Program-made: the position numbers and the translations under genes
Shown: positions 8,641 to 16,146 of the stretch, piece by piece
Layout: each line of letters starts with the position of its first letter
Numbering within the stretch: the stretch's first letter is position 1
DNA from: an uncultured Candidatus Saccharibacteria bacterium
GTDB lineage: Bacteria > Patescibacteriota > Minisyncoccia > Minisyncoccales > JAGGXC01
Reading direction: 5' to 3'
Assembly (NCBI GenBank): GCA_964391535.1
Contig: CAYMMJ010000001.1
Span: forward strand, 1-40,881
DNA: 40,881 nt
The notes under the pieces: generated by a model
What the model saw: only the letters and a program-made list of their open reading frames with translations
Database searches by the model: none
Told to the model about the DNA's origin: nothing

Positions 8641-9024
8641 ATGACTCTTTGCGATAAATTACAGAGAAGGTTAAGACGTCATCGTCGCATAAGAAGTAAA
8701 GTTTCGGGTACTTCCCAAGTTCCTCGTCTTTGTGTTTTTCGCTCAAATCGTCATATTTATTGTCAATTGATTGACGACCAGACAGGGAAAGTTATTTTGA
8801 GCGCAAGTGATTATGAGGTGAAGAAGTCGGATACTCCAAAAACTTCTAAAGATAAAAAAGAGGGTACAAAAATAAAAATAGCCTACGAGGTAGGGAAATT
8901 AATTGCCAAAAAAGCCCAGGAAAAGAAAATAAAAAAAGTGGTTTTTGACAGGGGAGGGTTTGTTTATCACGGAAGGGTAAAGGCTCTTGCTCAAGGAGCT
9001 AGAGAGGGAGGACTTGAATTTTAA
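8641..9024 (+). CDS. rplR: 50S ribosomal protein L18 (uL18)
   Basis: [19 protein letters not shown]...[28 protein letters not shown]. Confidence 0.95.
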   Translation: MTLCDKLQRRLRRHRRIRSKVSGTSQVPRLCVFRSNRHIYCQLIDDQTGKVILSASDYEVKKSDTPKTSKDKKEGTKIKIAYEVGKLIAKKAQEKKIKKVVFDRGGFVYHGRVKALAQGAREGGLEF

Positions 9025-9040
9025 AAAATTAAGCCAAATT

Positions 9041-9529
9041 ATGGAAAAAGTCTCACAGAAAGAAAAAAAACAGGAAACACCTTCTTCTAAAGAAGAATTC
9101 GAATCAAAGTTATTAGACTTAACTCGTACTGAAAGAATGACGAGAGGGGGACGACGTCTTCGCTTCAGGGCAGTCATAGTTGTTGGAGACAGAAAAGGAA
9201 ATGTTGGAATGGGAATAGGAAAAGGATTAGATGTTGCTCAAGCAGTAGAAAAAGCAACTAGAAAAGCCAAAAAACATCTTATAAGAGTTCCTATAGTGAA
9301 TGGTACTATTCCTTTTGAGGTTCAGGCAAAGTACGGAGCCGCGAAAGTTCTACTTCGTCCTCAAAGAAAAGGTAGGGGGCTGGTCGCGGGTGGAACAGTA
9401 AGGGTTATTTGTAGCCTGGCAGGAATAGAAGATATTTCTTCAAAAGTTGTGTCAAAATCAAGAAACAAAATAAATAATGCCAGAGCAGTGTTATCTGCCT
9501 TTAAAAAATTAAAACTAAAGCAAAGATAA
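9041..9529 (+). CDS. rpsE: 30S ribosomal protein S5 (uS5)
   Basis: RGGRRLRFRAVIVVGD..G.VG.G.GK..DV..A..KA motif. ATG 9041 is preferred. The track start at 8987 overlaps the end of rplR. Confidence 0.93.
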   Translation: MEKVSQKEKKQETPSSKEEFESKLLDLTRTERMTRGGRRLRFRAVIVVGDRKGNVGMGIGKGLDVAQAVEKATRKAKKHLIRVPIVNGTIPFEVQAKYGAAKVLLRPQRKGRGLVAGGTVRVICSLAGIEDISSKVVSKSRNKINNARAVLSAFKKLKLKQR

Positions 9530-9534
9530 GTAGT

Positions 9535-9984
9535 ATGCAGATTCATCAATTAAAACCAGAACATTCACGAAAGAAAAAAAAGAGGATTGGCCGAGGGGGC
9601 AAGAAAGGAACTTATTCCGGCAAAGGTATTAAAGGGCAGAAAGCAAGGGCAGGAGCAAAATTTCAACCGATTATTAGAGAATTGATAAAAAAATACCCAA
9701 AGCTTAGAGGATACAAATTTAATCCGATATCTGAAAAACCTGTTATAATTAACTTAGATGTCCTTGAGAAAAATTTTGACCAAAAAGAAAAAGTAACTCC
9801 TCAAGTATTGCTCCAAAAGGGTTTGATTCAAAAAATTAAGGGAAGAATTCCTTCGGTAAAGATTTTAGGAAAGGGAGAAATCAAAAAAACATTAATAATA
9901 CAAGGGTGTCGAGTTTCAAAAAAAGCGAATGAAAAAATAGAAAAAGCAGGGGGAGAAGTCAAAGAGTTAAAAAAACAAAATTAA
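9535..9984 (+). CDS. rplO: 50S ribosomal protein L15 (uL15)
   Basis: KKKKRIGRGGKKGTYSGKGIKGQKAR motif. It starts 5 nt after rpsE, so there is no room for rpmD. Confidence 0.94.
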   Translation: MQIHQLKPEHSRKKKKRIGRGGKKGTYSGKGIKGQKARAGAKFQPIIRELIKKYPKLRGYKFNPISEKPVIINLDVLEKNFDQKEKVTPQVLLQKGLIQKIKGRIPSVKILGKGEIKKTLIIQGCRVSKKANEKIEKAGGEVKELKKQN

Positions 9985-9988
9985 ATTT

Positions 9989-11275
9989 ATGTGGCTTAAG
10001 AACTTATTACAAGTCTTTAAAATTCCCGACTTAAGAAAGAAAATTCTGTTTGTACTAGGAGTATTTGTGGTTTTTAGAATAATGGCAAACATCCCTGTTC
10101 CTGGGATAGACACCTCGAGGTTAAAAGAATTTTTTGCCGGCAACCAGATGCTTGGTCTTATGAATATCTTTACCGGTGGGGCTTTGAGCCGTCTTTCAAT
10201 TGTAATGTTGGGTCTTGGACCATACATTACTGCTGTGATTATTTTGCAACTTTTGACAATGATTTTTCCTCAATTAGAGAAAATGTATAAAGAAGAAGGA
10301 GAAGCCGGTCGTCAAAAAATTAATCAGTATGGAAGGATTCTTGCGGTTCCTCTAGCCGCTCTGCAATCATTTGCCATGCTGACATTATTCCAGCGCCAAG
10401 GGATTATAGGGGAAATGTCACCAGTTTTGCTTGCTACGTCAGTATTGACAGTTGTGGCTGGAAGTGTTTTGTTGATGTGGTTAGGAGAGCTTATTACTGA
10501 AAAAGGGATTGGCAATGGAATTTCTCTTTTGATTTTTGCCGGAATTATTGCTCGAACCCCAATGTCGATATATCAAAGTTATATGGATGTTGGAGGAAAT
10601 CCTTCCCGGATCCCTTCCTATATTTTCTTTTTTGGGATAGCTTTGGTTATAGTTGCAGGAGTAGTTATGATAACCGAGGGAAGAAGAAATATTCCTGTTT
10701 CTTATGCTAAAAGAGTAAGAGGAATGAGGATGTATGGAGGCGTTTCTACATATCTGCCTATGAATATTAATCCGGCAGGAGTAATTCCGATTATCTTTGC
10801 TTTGTCTTTAATGCTCCTTCCGGGAATGATGGCAAATTTCTTTTCTGCACTTGGTGTAGGTGTCTTATCAGATATAGCAGAAAATGTAAATAATCTTTTC
10901 CAAAACCCTTGGTTTTATGGAATTCTCTATTTTATTTTAGTCTTTGCTTTTACTTATTTTTATACAGCCATTACTTTTGATCCTAAAGCGATAGCGGAAA
11001 ATCTTCAGAAAATGGGAGGTTTTGTTCCAGGAATCAGACCGGGAGAGAGCACGGCTCAATTTATTAAATATATTCTAAACAGAATTTTATTTATTGGAGC
11101 CACCTTTCTTGGAATGATAGCGATTCTACCATCAATAATTCAGGGAATTACTGGTATTTCGGCTTTTCGATTCTTGATTGGAGGCACGGCTTTACTGATT
11201 GTAGTCAGTGTTGTCCTTGAGACAATGAAGCAGATTAAAGCCCAACTTAGGATGAGAGAATACGAAACATTTTAA
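9989..11275 (+). CDS. secY: Preprotein translocase subunit SecY
   Basis: 428 aa and multi-pass hydrophobic. IPVPGID, GALSRLSIVMLGLGPYITAVIILQLL and ITEKGIGNGISLLIF motifs. Position after rplO. Confidence 0.97.
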   Translation: MWLKNLLQVFKIPDLRKKILFVLGVFVVFRIMANIPVPGIDTSRLKEFFAGNQMLGLMNIFTGGALSRLSIVMLGLGPYITAVIILQLLTMIFPQLEKMYKEEGEAGRQKINQYGRILAVPLAALQSFAMLTLFQRQGIIGEMSPVLLATSVLTVVAGSVLLMWLGELITEKGIGNGISLLIFAGIIARTPMSIYQSYMDVGGNPSRIPSYIFFFGIALVIVAGVVMITEGRRNIPVSYAKRVRGMRMYGGVSTYLPMNINPAGVIPIIFALSLMLLPGMMANFFSALGVGVLSDIAENVNNLFQNPWFYGILYFILVFAFTYFYTAITFDPKAIAENLQKMGGFVPGIRPGESTAQFIKYILNRILFIGATFLGMIAILPSIIQGITGISAFRFLIGGTALLIVVSVVLETMKQIKAQLRMREYETF

Positions 11276-11377
11276 TTAAAAGAATCGCTTGGTAAAGAAA
11301 TTATTTTTGCCATTCTTCATTTTACTCAGAATCAAACCCAACCCGCCCTCCAGGCAAAAATAATTACTTTACTTTGC

Positions 11378-11400
11378 TTTAATTTAATTTAATTTAATTT
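11378..11400. repeat. Pentanucleotide microsatellite (TTTAA/AATTT, about 4.5 units)
   Basis: tttaatttaatttaatttaattt ends 5 nt before the adk start codon. Confidence 0.8.
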
Positions 11401-11405
11401 TAACT

Positions 11406-12113
11406 ATGAATAAATCAGTTATTATCATTATCGGACCTCCGGGTTCAGGCAAGGGGACACAAGCTTATCTTCTTTCTGAGAAACTAAATCTTCACTATTT
11501 AGAAACATCAAAAATAATAGAAGAGAAATTCGGTCAATCAAATGAAGGAGATTTTGTTGAGGTAAATGGAGAGAAATTTTTCATAGCAAAAGAAAAAGAG
11601 TTGTTTGAAAAAGGAATTTTATGCAGCCCTCCTTTTGTGACTTATCTCATAAAAGAAAAAATAAAGAATCTCTTTGATGAGGGAAAAAACTTAGTTATGG
11701 CTGGCTCCCCCCGCACGCTTTATGAAGGAAGAGCAGTGATTCCTTTGTTGAAAGAACTTTATGGCAAAGAAAACATAGATGTAATTCTAATTGATCTCCC
11801 CGAGGAAGAATCTATTTTTCGAAATTCCCATAGACGTCTTTGTTCTCTGATGAGGCATCCAATTTTATATAATGAGGAGACAAAAAACCTTACTCGATGC
11901 CCCTTAGATGGTTCGAAATTAATTGTTAGGGTTCTTGATAATGTAGAAGTAATGAAAGTAAGAATAAAAGAATATAAAGAAAGAACACTTCCTTTAATAG
12001 ATTATTTCAAGGAAGAAGGATTGAACATTAAAGAAGTGAAAGGTAAACAAACACCGGCCGAACTCCATGAAGATATTTTAAAAGTCTTAGAAATTTCTAA
12101 TGATTCCCATTAA
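11406..12113 (+). CDS. adk: Adenylate kinase
   Basis: P-loop IIIIGPPGSGKGTQA and spc-operon position. The LID region keeps only two Cys (C..MRHP...C.LDG). Confidence 0.9.
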   Translation: MNKSVIIIIGPPGSGKGTQAYLLSEKLNLHYLETSKIIEEKFGQSNEGDFVEVNGEKFFIAKEKELFEKGILCSPPFVTYLIKEKIKNLFDEGKNLVMAGSPRTLYEGRAVIPLLKELYGKENIDVILIDLPEEESIFRNSHRRLCSLMRHPILYNEETKNLTRCPLDGSKLIVRVLDNVEVMKVRIKEYKERTLPLIDYFKEEGLNIKEVKGKQTPAELHEDILKVLEISNDSH

Positions 12114-12846
12114 AACCAAAGAAGAAATTCAGATAATGGAAGAAGGAGCCAGAATTTTGGCTCAGGTTGTGGAGCAGTTGAAAGGGCAAGCAAAACCCGG
12201 TATTACTACAAAAGAATTAGATAAGATTGCAGAAAGCCTTATTTTGAAATTCGGAGCCAAACCTTCTTTTAAGGGATACAACGGTTTTCCTGCCACGCTT
12301 TGTGTTTCGATAAACGAAGAGATTGTTCATGGTATTCCTTCACAACGTAAATTAAAAGAAGGCGATATTGTTTCTCTGGACTTGGGACTTTTCTATAAAG
12401 GATTTCATTCTGATATGGCTCTAACCGTTGGAGTAGGGAAAATATCTCCTGAAGCTCTTCGCCTGATTAGGATTACAAAAGACGTTTTGCGAGTGGCGAT
12501 TCGGAAAGTCAGACCTGGAAATACTACTGGTGATATTGGTAATACTATTCAGAGATATGTTGAGTCACAGGGGTTTGGTGTTGTGCGTGATCTTTGTGGT
12601 CATGGAATCGGGAAAGAACTTCATGAAGAACCCCAGATTTTGAATTACGGAAAAAGACACACAGGTGAGATTATAAAAGAAGGCATGGTGTTTTGTATTG
12701 AACCAATGGTTACAATGGGAGATTGGCGAATTAAGAAATCTCTTGATGGTTATGGTTTTTCAACAAAGGATGGCTCTTTGTCGGCTCACTTTGAGCATGA
12801 AGTAGCAGTAACAAAAGACGGATGTAGAATATTGACGAAGATATAA
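12100..12846 (+). CDS. map: Type I methionine aminopeptidase
   Basis: Metal-ligand context IVSLDLG, HSDMA, CGHGIG, FCIEP and FEHEVAVT. Position after adk. Confidence 0.96.
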   Translation: MIPIKTKEEIQIMEEGARILAQVVEQLKGQAKPGITTKELDKIAESLILKFGAKPSFKGYNGFPATLCVSINEEIVHGIPSQRKLKEGDIVSLDLGLFYKGFHSDMALTVGVGKISPEALRLIRITKDVLRVAIRKVRPGNTTGDIGNTIQRYVESQGFGVVRDLCGHGIGKELHEEPQILNYGKRHTGEIIKEGMVFCIEPMVTMGDWRIKKSLDGYGFSTKDGSLSAHFEHEVAVTKDGCRILTKI

Positions 12847-12883
12847 TTTAAGATATAATTCCTCGGAGATGAGAATTAAAAAA

Positions 12884-12911
12884 GGCGCTCAAGTAGCGTC
12901 TATTTTTTTTT
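12884..12911 (+). terminator. Intrinsic terminator after map
   Basis: GGCGCT (12884-12889) / AGCGTC (12895-12900), 6 bp with one G-U, 5-nt loop, followed by T9 (12903-12911). Confidence 0.6.
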
Positions 12912-12919
12912 CGAGAAAA

Positions 12920-12928
12920 TGTTATAAT
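12920..12928 (+). promoter_or_regulatory. Extended -10 promoter element TGTTATAAT
   Basis: Exact TGnTATAAT match 31 nt upstream of the glycosyltransferase ATG and just downstream of the map terminator. Confidence 0.45.
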
Positions 12929-12959
12929 AAATAAATATTTTTAACTCTCAATCAACACT

Positions 12960-13694
12960 ATGCGTCTTTCAGTAATTATACCTGCTTACAACGAGGAGAA
13001 AAGAATAAATAACACCTTGAAAGAAATAGACAAATACCTTTCCTCGCAGGACTATGATTCTGAAATTATAGTAGTGAGTGATGGTTCAAGAGATAGAACT
13101 GTTGATGTTGTTCGGGAAGCAATGAAGACAATTAAAAACCTCAAACTAATTGATAATGAGCAAAACAGAGGAAAAGGTTTTGTAACAAGGCAAGGAATGC
13201 TTCAGGCAGCAGGAGAATTTCGTTTATTTACGGATGCTGACAATTCCACCACTATTGACCACATAGAGAAGTTTTGGCCATATTTTGAAGAAGGATATGA
13301 TGTGGTTGTTGGTTCAAGAGCAATAAAAGGAGCGATTCTTGATCCTCCTCAAACTTGGTTTAGAAGGCAAACAGGCAGGGCTTTCAGGCTTCTGACAAAT
13401 ATATTTACTGGTTTGTGGGACATTAAAGATACTCAGTGCGGCTTTAAGTGTTTTACTAAAAAAGCAGTGGAGGATATTTTTCCCCGATGTCGAATTGACC
13501 GTTTTTCTTTTGATGTGGAAATGTTGGTTATTGCTAAACTTTTAGGATACAAAGTAAAAGAAGTTCCAATTAGGTGGGTGAATGACCCTCACTCGAAAGT
13601 AAAGTTTAAAAATATGGCAAAAATGGGTTTTGATTTAGTAAAAATAAGACTGAACATAATAAAAAAAGTATATGATAAAAAAACCTCTTTCTAA
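12960..13694 (+). CDS. Family 2 glycosyltransferase (polyprenyl-phosphate hexosyltransferase-like)
   Basis: LSVIIPAYNEE...VVSDGSRD...FTDADNS...GSR...DTQCGFK is the GT-A / GT2 signature seen in dolichyl- or polyprenyl-phosphate glycosyltransferases. Confidence 0.85.
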   Translation: MRLSVIIPAYNEEKRINNTLKEIDKYLSSQDYDSEIIVVSDGSRDRTVDVVREAMKTIKNLKLIDNEQNRGKGFVTRQGMLQAAGEFRLFTDADNSTTIDHIEKFWPYFEEGYDVVVGSRAIKGAILDPPQTWFRRQTGRAFRLLTNIFTGLWDIKDTQCGFKCFTKKAVEDIFPRCRIDRFSFDVEMLVIAKLLGYKVKEVPIRWVNDPHSKVKFKNMAKMGFDLVKIRLNIIKKVYDKKTSF

Positions 13695-14709
13695 ATTTCC
13701 TTCTGAACTCCGTTATGACACTGTTTCACGCGACTGGGTAGTCATTGCTACAGGCAGAGCAAGGCGTCCAGAGACTTTTAAAAAAGAAAAAAGAAAAAAG
13801 AAAAAAGTTTCCAAAAAATTTTGTCCTTTTTGTCGATTAAAGGATCAGGAAATTCCTACTCTTATTTTTTCTCATGGAAAAAGAGTTTTTTTAAAAAATG
13901 GTAAAATTCCTTCTGGCTGGACGACGATTGTTATTCCTAACAAGTATCCTGCATTTTTTCCTTCCTCCGAACTTAATAGGCAAACGGAAGGAGGTATTTA
14001 TCATAAAATCAATGCTGCTGGTTTTCATGAAGTGGTAGTAACTCGTGACCACGATCGTTCGTTAGCGAGATTTTCAATAAAAGAAGTGAAAGAATTAATC
14101 GACGTTTATCAGTCAAGATATTTAGAGTTGATGAAAGAAAAATTTGTTAGCTATATTTCTATTTTTCACAATCATGGTCAGGAAGCCGGTGCTTCAATTG
14201 CTCATCCCCACTCTCAAATTATTACTACTCCTCTTGTTGATGTAGACTTGAGAAACGCTTTGGTTAATTCGAGGAAATTTTTTAGAAAACATAAAAAGTG
14301 TATTTATTGCATAATGGGAGAATGGGAAAGGAAAATAAAGAAGAGAATTGTTTTTGAAAACCGTGATTTTATGGTGGTCTGTCCGTTTGCTTCAAAATCT
14401 GCTTTTGAATTAATTATTTCTCCCAAAAAACATCAGCCATATTTTGAGAAAATGAACGAAAAAGAAAAGCGGCAGTTAGCGGAAGCTTTCAGGGTTGCTA
14501 TGCATAAGTTATATAAAGGATTAGGCGACCCTGCATACAATTTCTATCTTCATACTGCCCCTTGTGACGGAAAGGATTATTCATATTATCACTGGCATTT
14601 TACTATTTTGCCAAAAACTTCTACCTGGGCAGGTTTCGAGTTGGGAGCACGGATTGAAATTTCTACTGTAGAACCAGAAAAAGCCGCTCAATATTTAAGA
14701 AAACAATAA
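13672..14709 (+). CDS. galT: Galactose-1-phosphate uridylyltransferase-like HIT-family nucleotidyltransferase
   Basis: CPFC zinc motif, HPHSQI active-site His-x-His-x-Gln, second half-domain. 345 aa. Overlaps the GT2 gene by 23 nt. Exact substrate cannot be determined from sequence. Confidence 0.75.
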   Translation: MIKKPLSKFPSELRYDTVSRDWVVIATGRARRPETFKKEKRKKKKVSKKFCPFCRLKDQEIPTLIFSHGKRVFLKNGKIPSGWTTIVIPNKYPAFFPSSELNRQTEGGIYHKINAAGFHEVVVTRDHDRSLARFSIKEVKELIDVYQSRYLELMKEKFVSYISIFHNHGQEAGASIAHPHSQIITTPLVDVDLRNALVNSRKFFRKHKKCIYCIMGEWERKIKKRIVFENRDFMVVCPFASKSAFELIISPKKHQPYFEKMNEKEKRQLAEAFRVAMHKLYKGLGDPAYNFYLHTAPCDGKDYSYYHWHFTILPKTSTWAGFELGARIEISTVEPEKAAQYLRKQ

Positions 14710-14718
14710 TTAATTATT

Positions 14719-15474
14719 ATGAAAACGTTTATAGTAGCCAATTGGAAATGTCATCCTAAATCAATTCGAGAAGCAAAAAGACTTTTCGAAAAAATCAAAC
14801 AAGGAGCAAGAAATGTTAGGAAAACAGAAGTAGTGATTTGTCCTCCTTTTGTATATATTCCGAAACTCAAAACTAAAGGTTCAAAAATAAAAATAGGAGC
14901 CCAGAATTGTTTCTGGGAGGACCAGGGAGCGTTTGATGGCGAAGTATCTGTTCCAATGCTTAAAAGTGTAGGCTGTAGCTATATTATTGTGGGTCATTCA
15001 GAAAGACGTCGCTTATTTAAAGAGACGGATTCAATGATTAACAAAAAAGTAAAAGCGGTCATTAAAGAAAATCTTAAGCCAATTCTTTGTATTGGTGAGA
15101 CAGAAGAAGAAAAAAATAAGGGGGAATTTTCCAAAGTGCTTTCTTTTCAGCTCAAAAAGGCTCTGAAGGGTGTATCAAGAAAAGATATTTTAAAATTAAT
15201 AATTGCGTATGAGCCTGTATGGGCCATAGGTTCAGGTAAAGCATGTAGGCCTGTGGAGGCGCAGGTAACAAATCTCTTTATTCGAAAGGTTATGAGCAAA
15301 CTATACAGCAGGAAAGTGGCAGAGGAAATCCCTGTTCTTTATGGAGGAAGTGTAAACGAAAAAAACGCCATTGATTATTTAAAAGAGTCAGGAATGAAAG
15401 GTCTTTTGATTGGAGGCGCTTCTCTTAGATATAAGGAATTTGTGAAAATTATAAAATATTCGGAAGGAATTTGA
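14719..15474 (+). CDS. tpiA: Triosephosphate isomerase
   Basis: ANWKCH, VGHSERR, IAYEPVWAIGSGK, YGGSV and GGASL motifs. Confidence 0.95.
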   Translation: MKTFIVANWKCHPKSIREAKRLFEKIKQGARNVRKTEVVICPPFVYIPKLKTKGSKIKIGAQNCFWEDQGAFDGEVSVPMLKSVGCSYIIVGHSERRRLFKETDSMINKKVKAVIKENLKPILCIGETEEEKNKGEFSKVLSFQLKKALKGVSRKDILKLIIAYEPVWAIGSGKACRPVEAQVTNLFIRKVMSKLYSRKVAEEIPVLYGGSVNEKNAIDYLKESGMKGLLIGGASLRYKEFVKIIKYSEGI

Positions 15475-15500
15475 CAACAAAGGTATTTTTTTGTTATTTT
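15471..15500 (+). promoter_or_regulatory. Possible promoter TTGACA-18-TATTTT
   Basis: TTGACA (15471-15476) overlaps the tpiA stop. A weak -10 (TAnnnT) lies at 15495-15500. Upstream of the DUF458-like gene. Confidence 0.3.
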
Positions 15501-15522
15501 TCCTAAATCATCCCTAACTGTT

Positions 15523-16032
15523 ATGAAGGATATATGTAAAGGAAAATTTTATAATCCAAGCAGAGGCAATCTAAGTTTTAGTGGACTTATTAAAGAGATA
15601 ACTAGCTGGATTAGAGAAAAACCTCAAAGAGAATACGAGGTTATTGTTGGTTGTGACTCTTCCTCTAGCGAGGAACCTCATTTTCCGGTTGCGGTGGTAG
15701 TTTTGAGAAAAGGAGAAGGAGGCAGATTTTTTCTTAGAAAAATAAAGTATAAAAATAAAAAGTTTTTTAACTGGCATCAAAGAATTTTAGAAGAGGTTTT
15801 ACTTTCATGCGATTTAGCTTTGAGTTTGAGAGAAAAATTAAATTCAGAAGTTCAAAAAATTCCTGATATTAAGAAATATCAATTTAAGTATATTCACGCA
15901 GACATCGGAGAAGAAGGCGTTACCAGAGATATGATAAAAGAAGTCACTGGTCTGATTCGCGGTAACGGCTTTGAACCAAAAATAAAACCAGAAGCATATG
16001 TTGCTTCTATTGTAGCTGATAGATTTTCTTAA
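15523..16032 (+). CDS. YkuK/DUF458-like (RNase H-like fold) protein
   Basis: FYNPS.G.LSF near the N-terminus, IVGCDSS, IHADIGEEG and a C-terminal KPEAYVASIVADR resemble my recollection of the YkuK family. Assignment is from memory, not from a search. Confidence 0.55.
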   Translation: MKDICKGKFYNPSRGNLSFSGLIKEITSWIREKPQREYEVIVGCDSSSSEEPHFPVAVVVLRKGEGGRFFLRKIKYKNKKFFNWHQRILEEVLLSCDLALSLREKLNSEVQKIPDIKKYQFKYIHADIGEEGVTRDMIKEVTGLIRGNGFEPKIKPEAYVASIVADRFS

Positions 16033-16060
16033 TCCTTCTTGGGATAGAATTTTTTGTAAT

Positions 16061-16087
16061 TCAGAAATTATATGTTCTGATTTTTTT
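16061..16087 (+). terminator. Intrinsic terminator
   Basis: TCAGAA (16061-16066) / TTCTGA (16075-16080), 8-nt loop, T7 (16081-16087). Confidence 0.5.
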
Positions 16088-16111
16088 ATTTCATGCTTCC
16101 TGTAATTTTAT

Positions 16112-16140
16112 TTGATTTTGTCTTAAGGTAGAGTTAAAAT
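16112..16140 (+). promoter_or_regulatory. Promoter TTGATT-17-TAAAAT positioned for a leaderless alaS mRNA
   Basis: -35 at 16112-16117 and -10 at 16135-16140. The alaS ATG (16147) begins 7 nt after the -10, which is at the expected transcription start. Confidence 0.5.
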
Positions 16141-16146
16141 TAAACT

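Noticed and set aside
8987-9040. Upstream start for S5 overlapping rplR
   Set aside because: The overlap with the conserved L18 C-terminus is in another frame. ATG 9041 follows the rplR stop by 16 nt and gives a sensible S5 protein.
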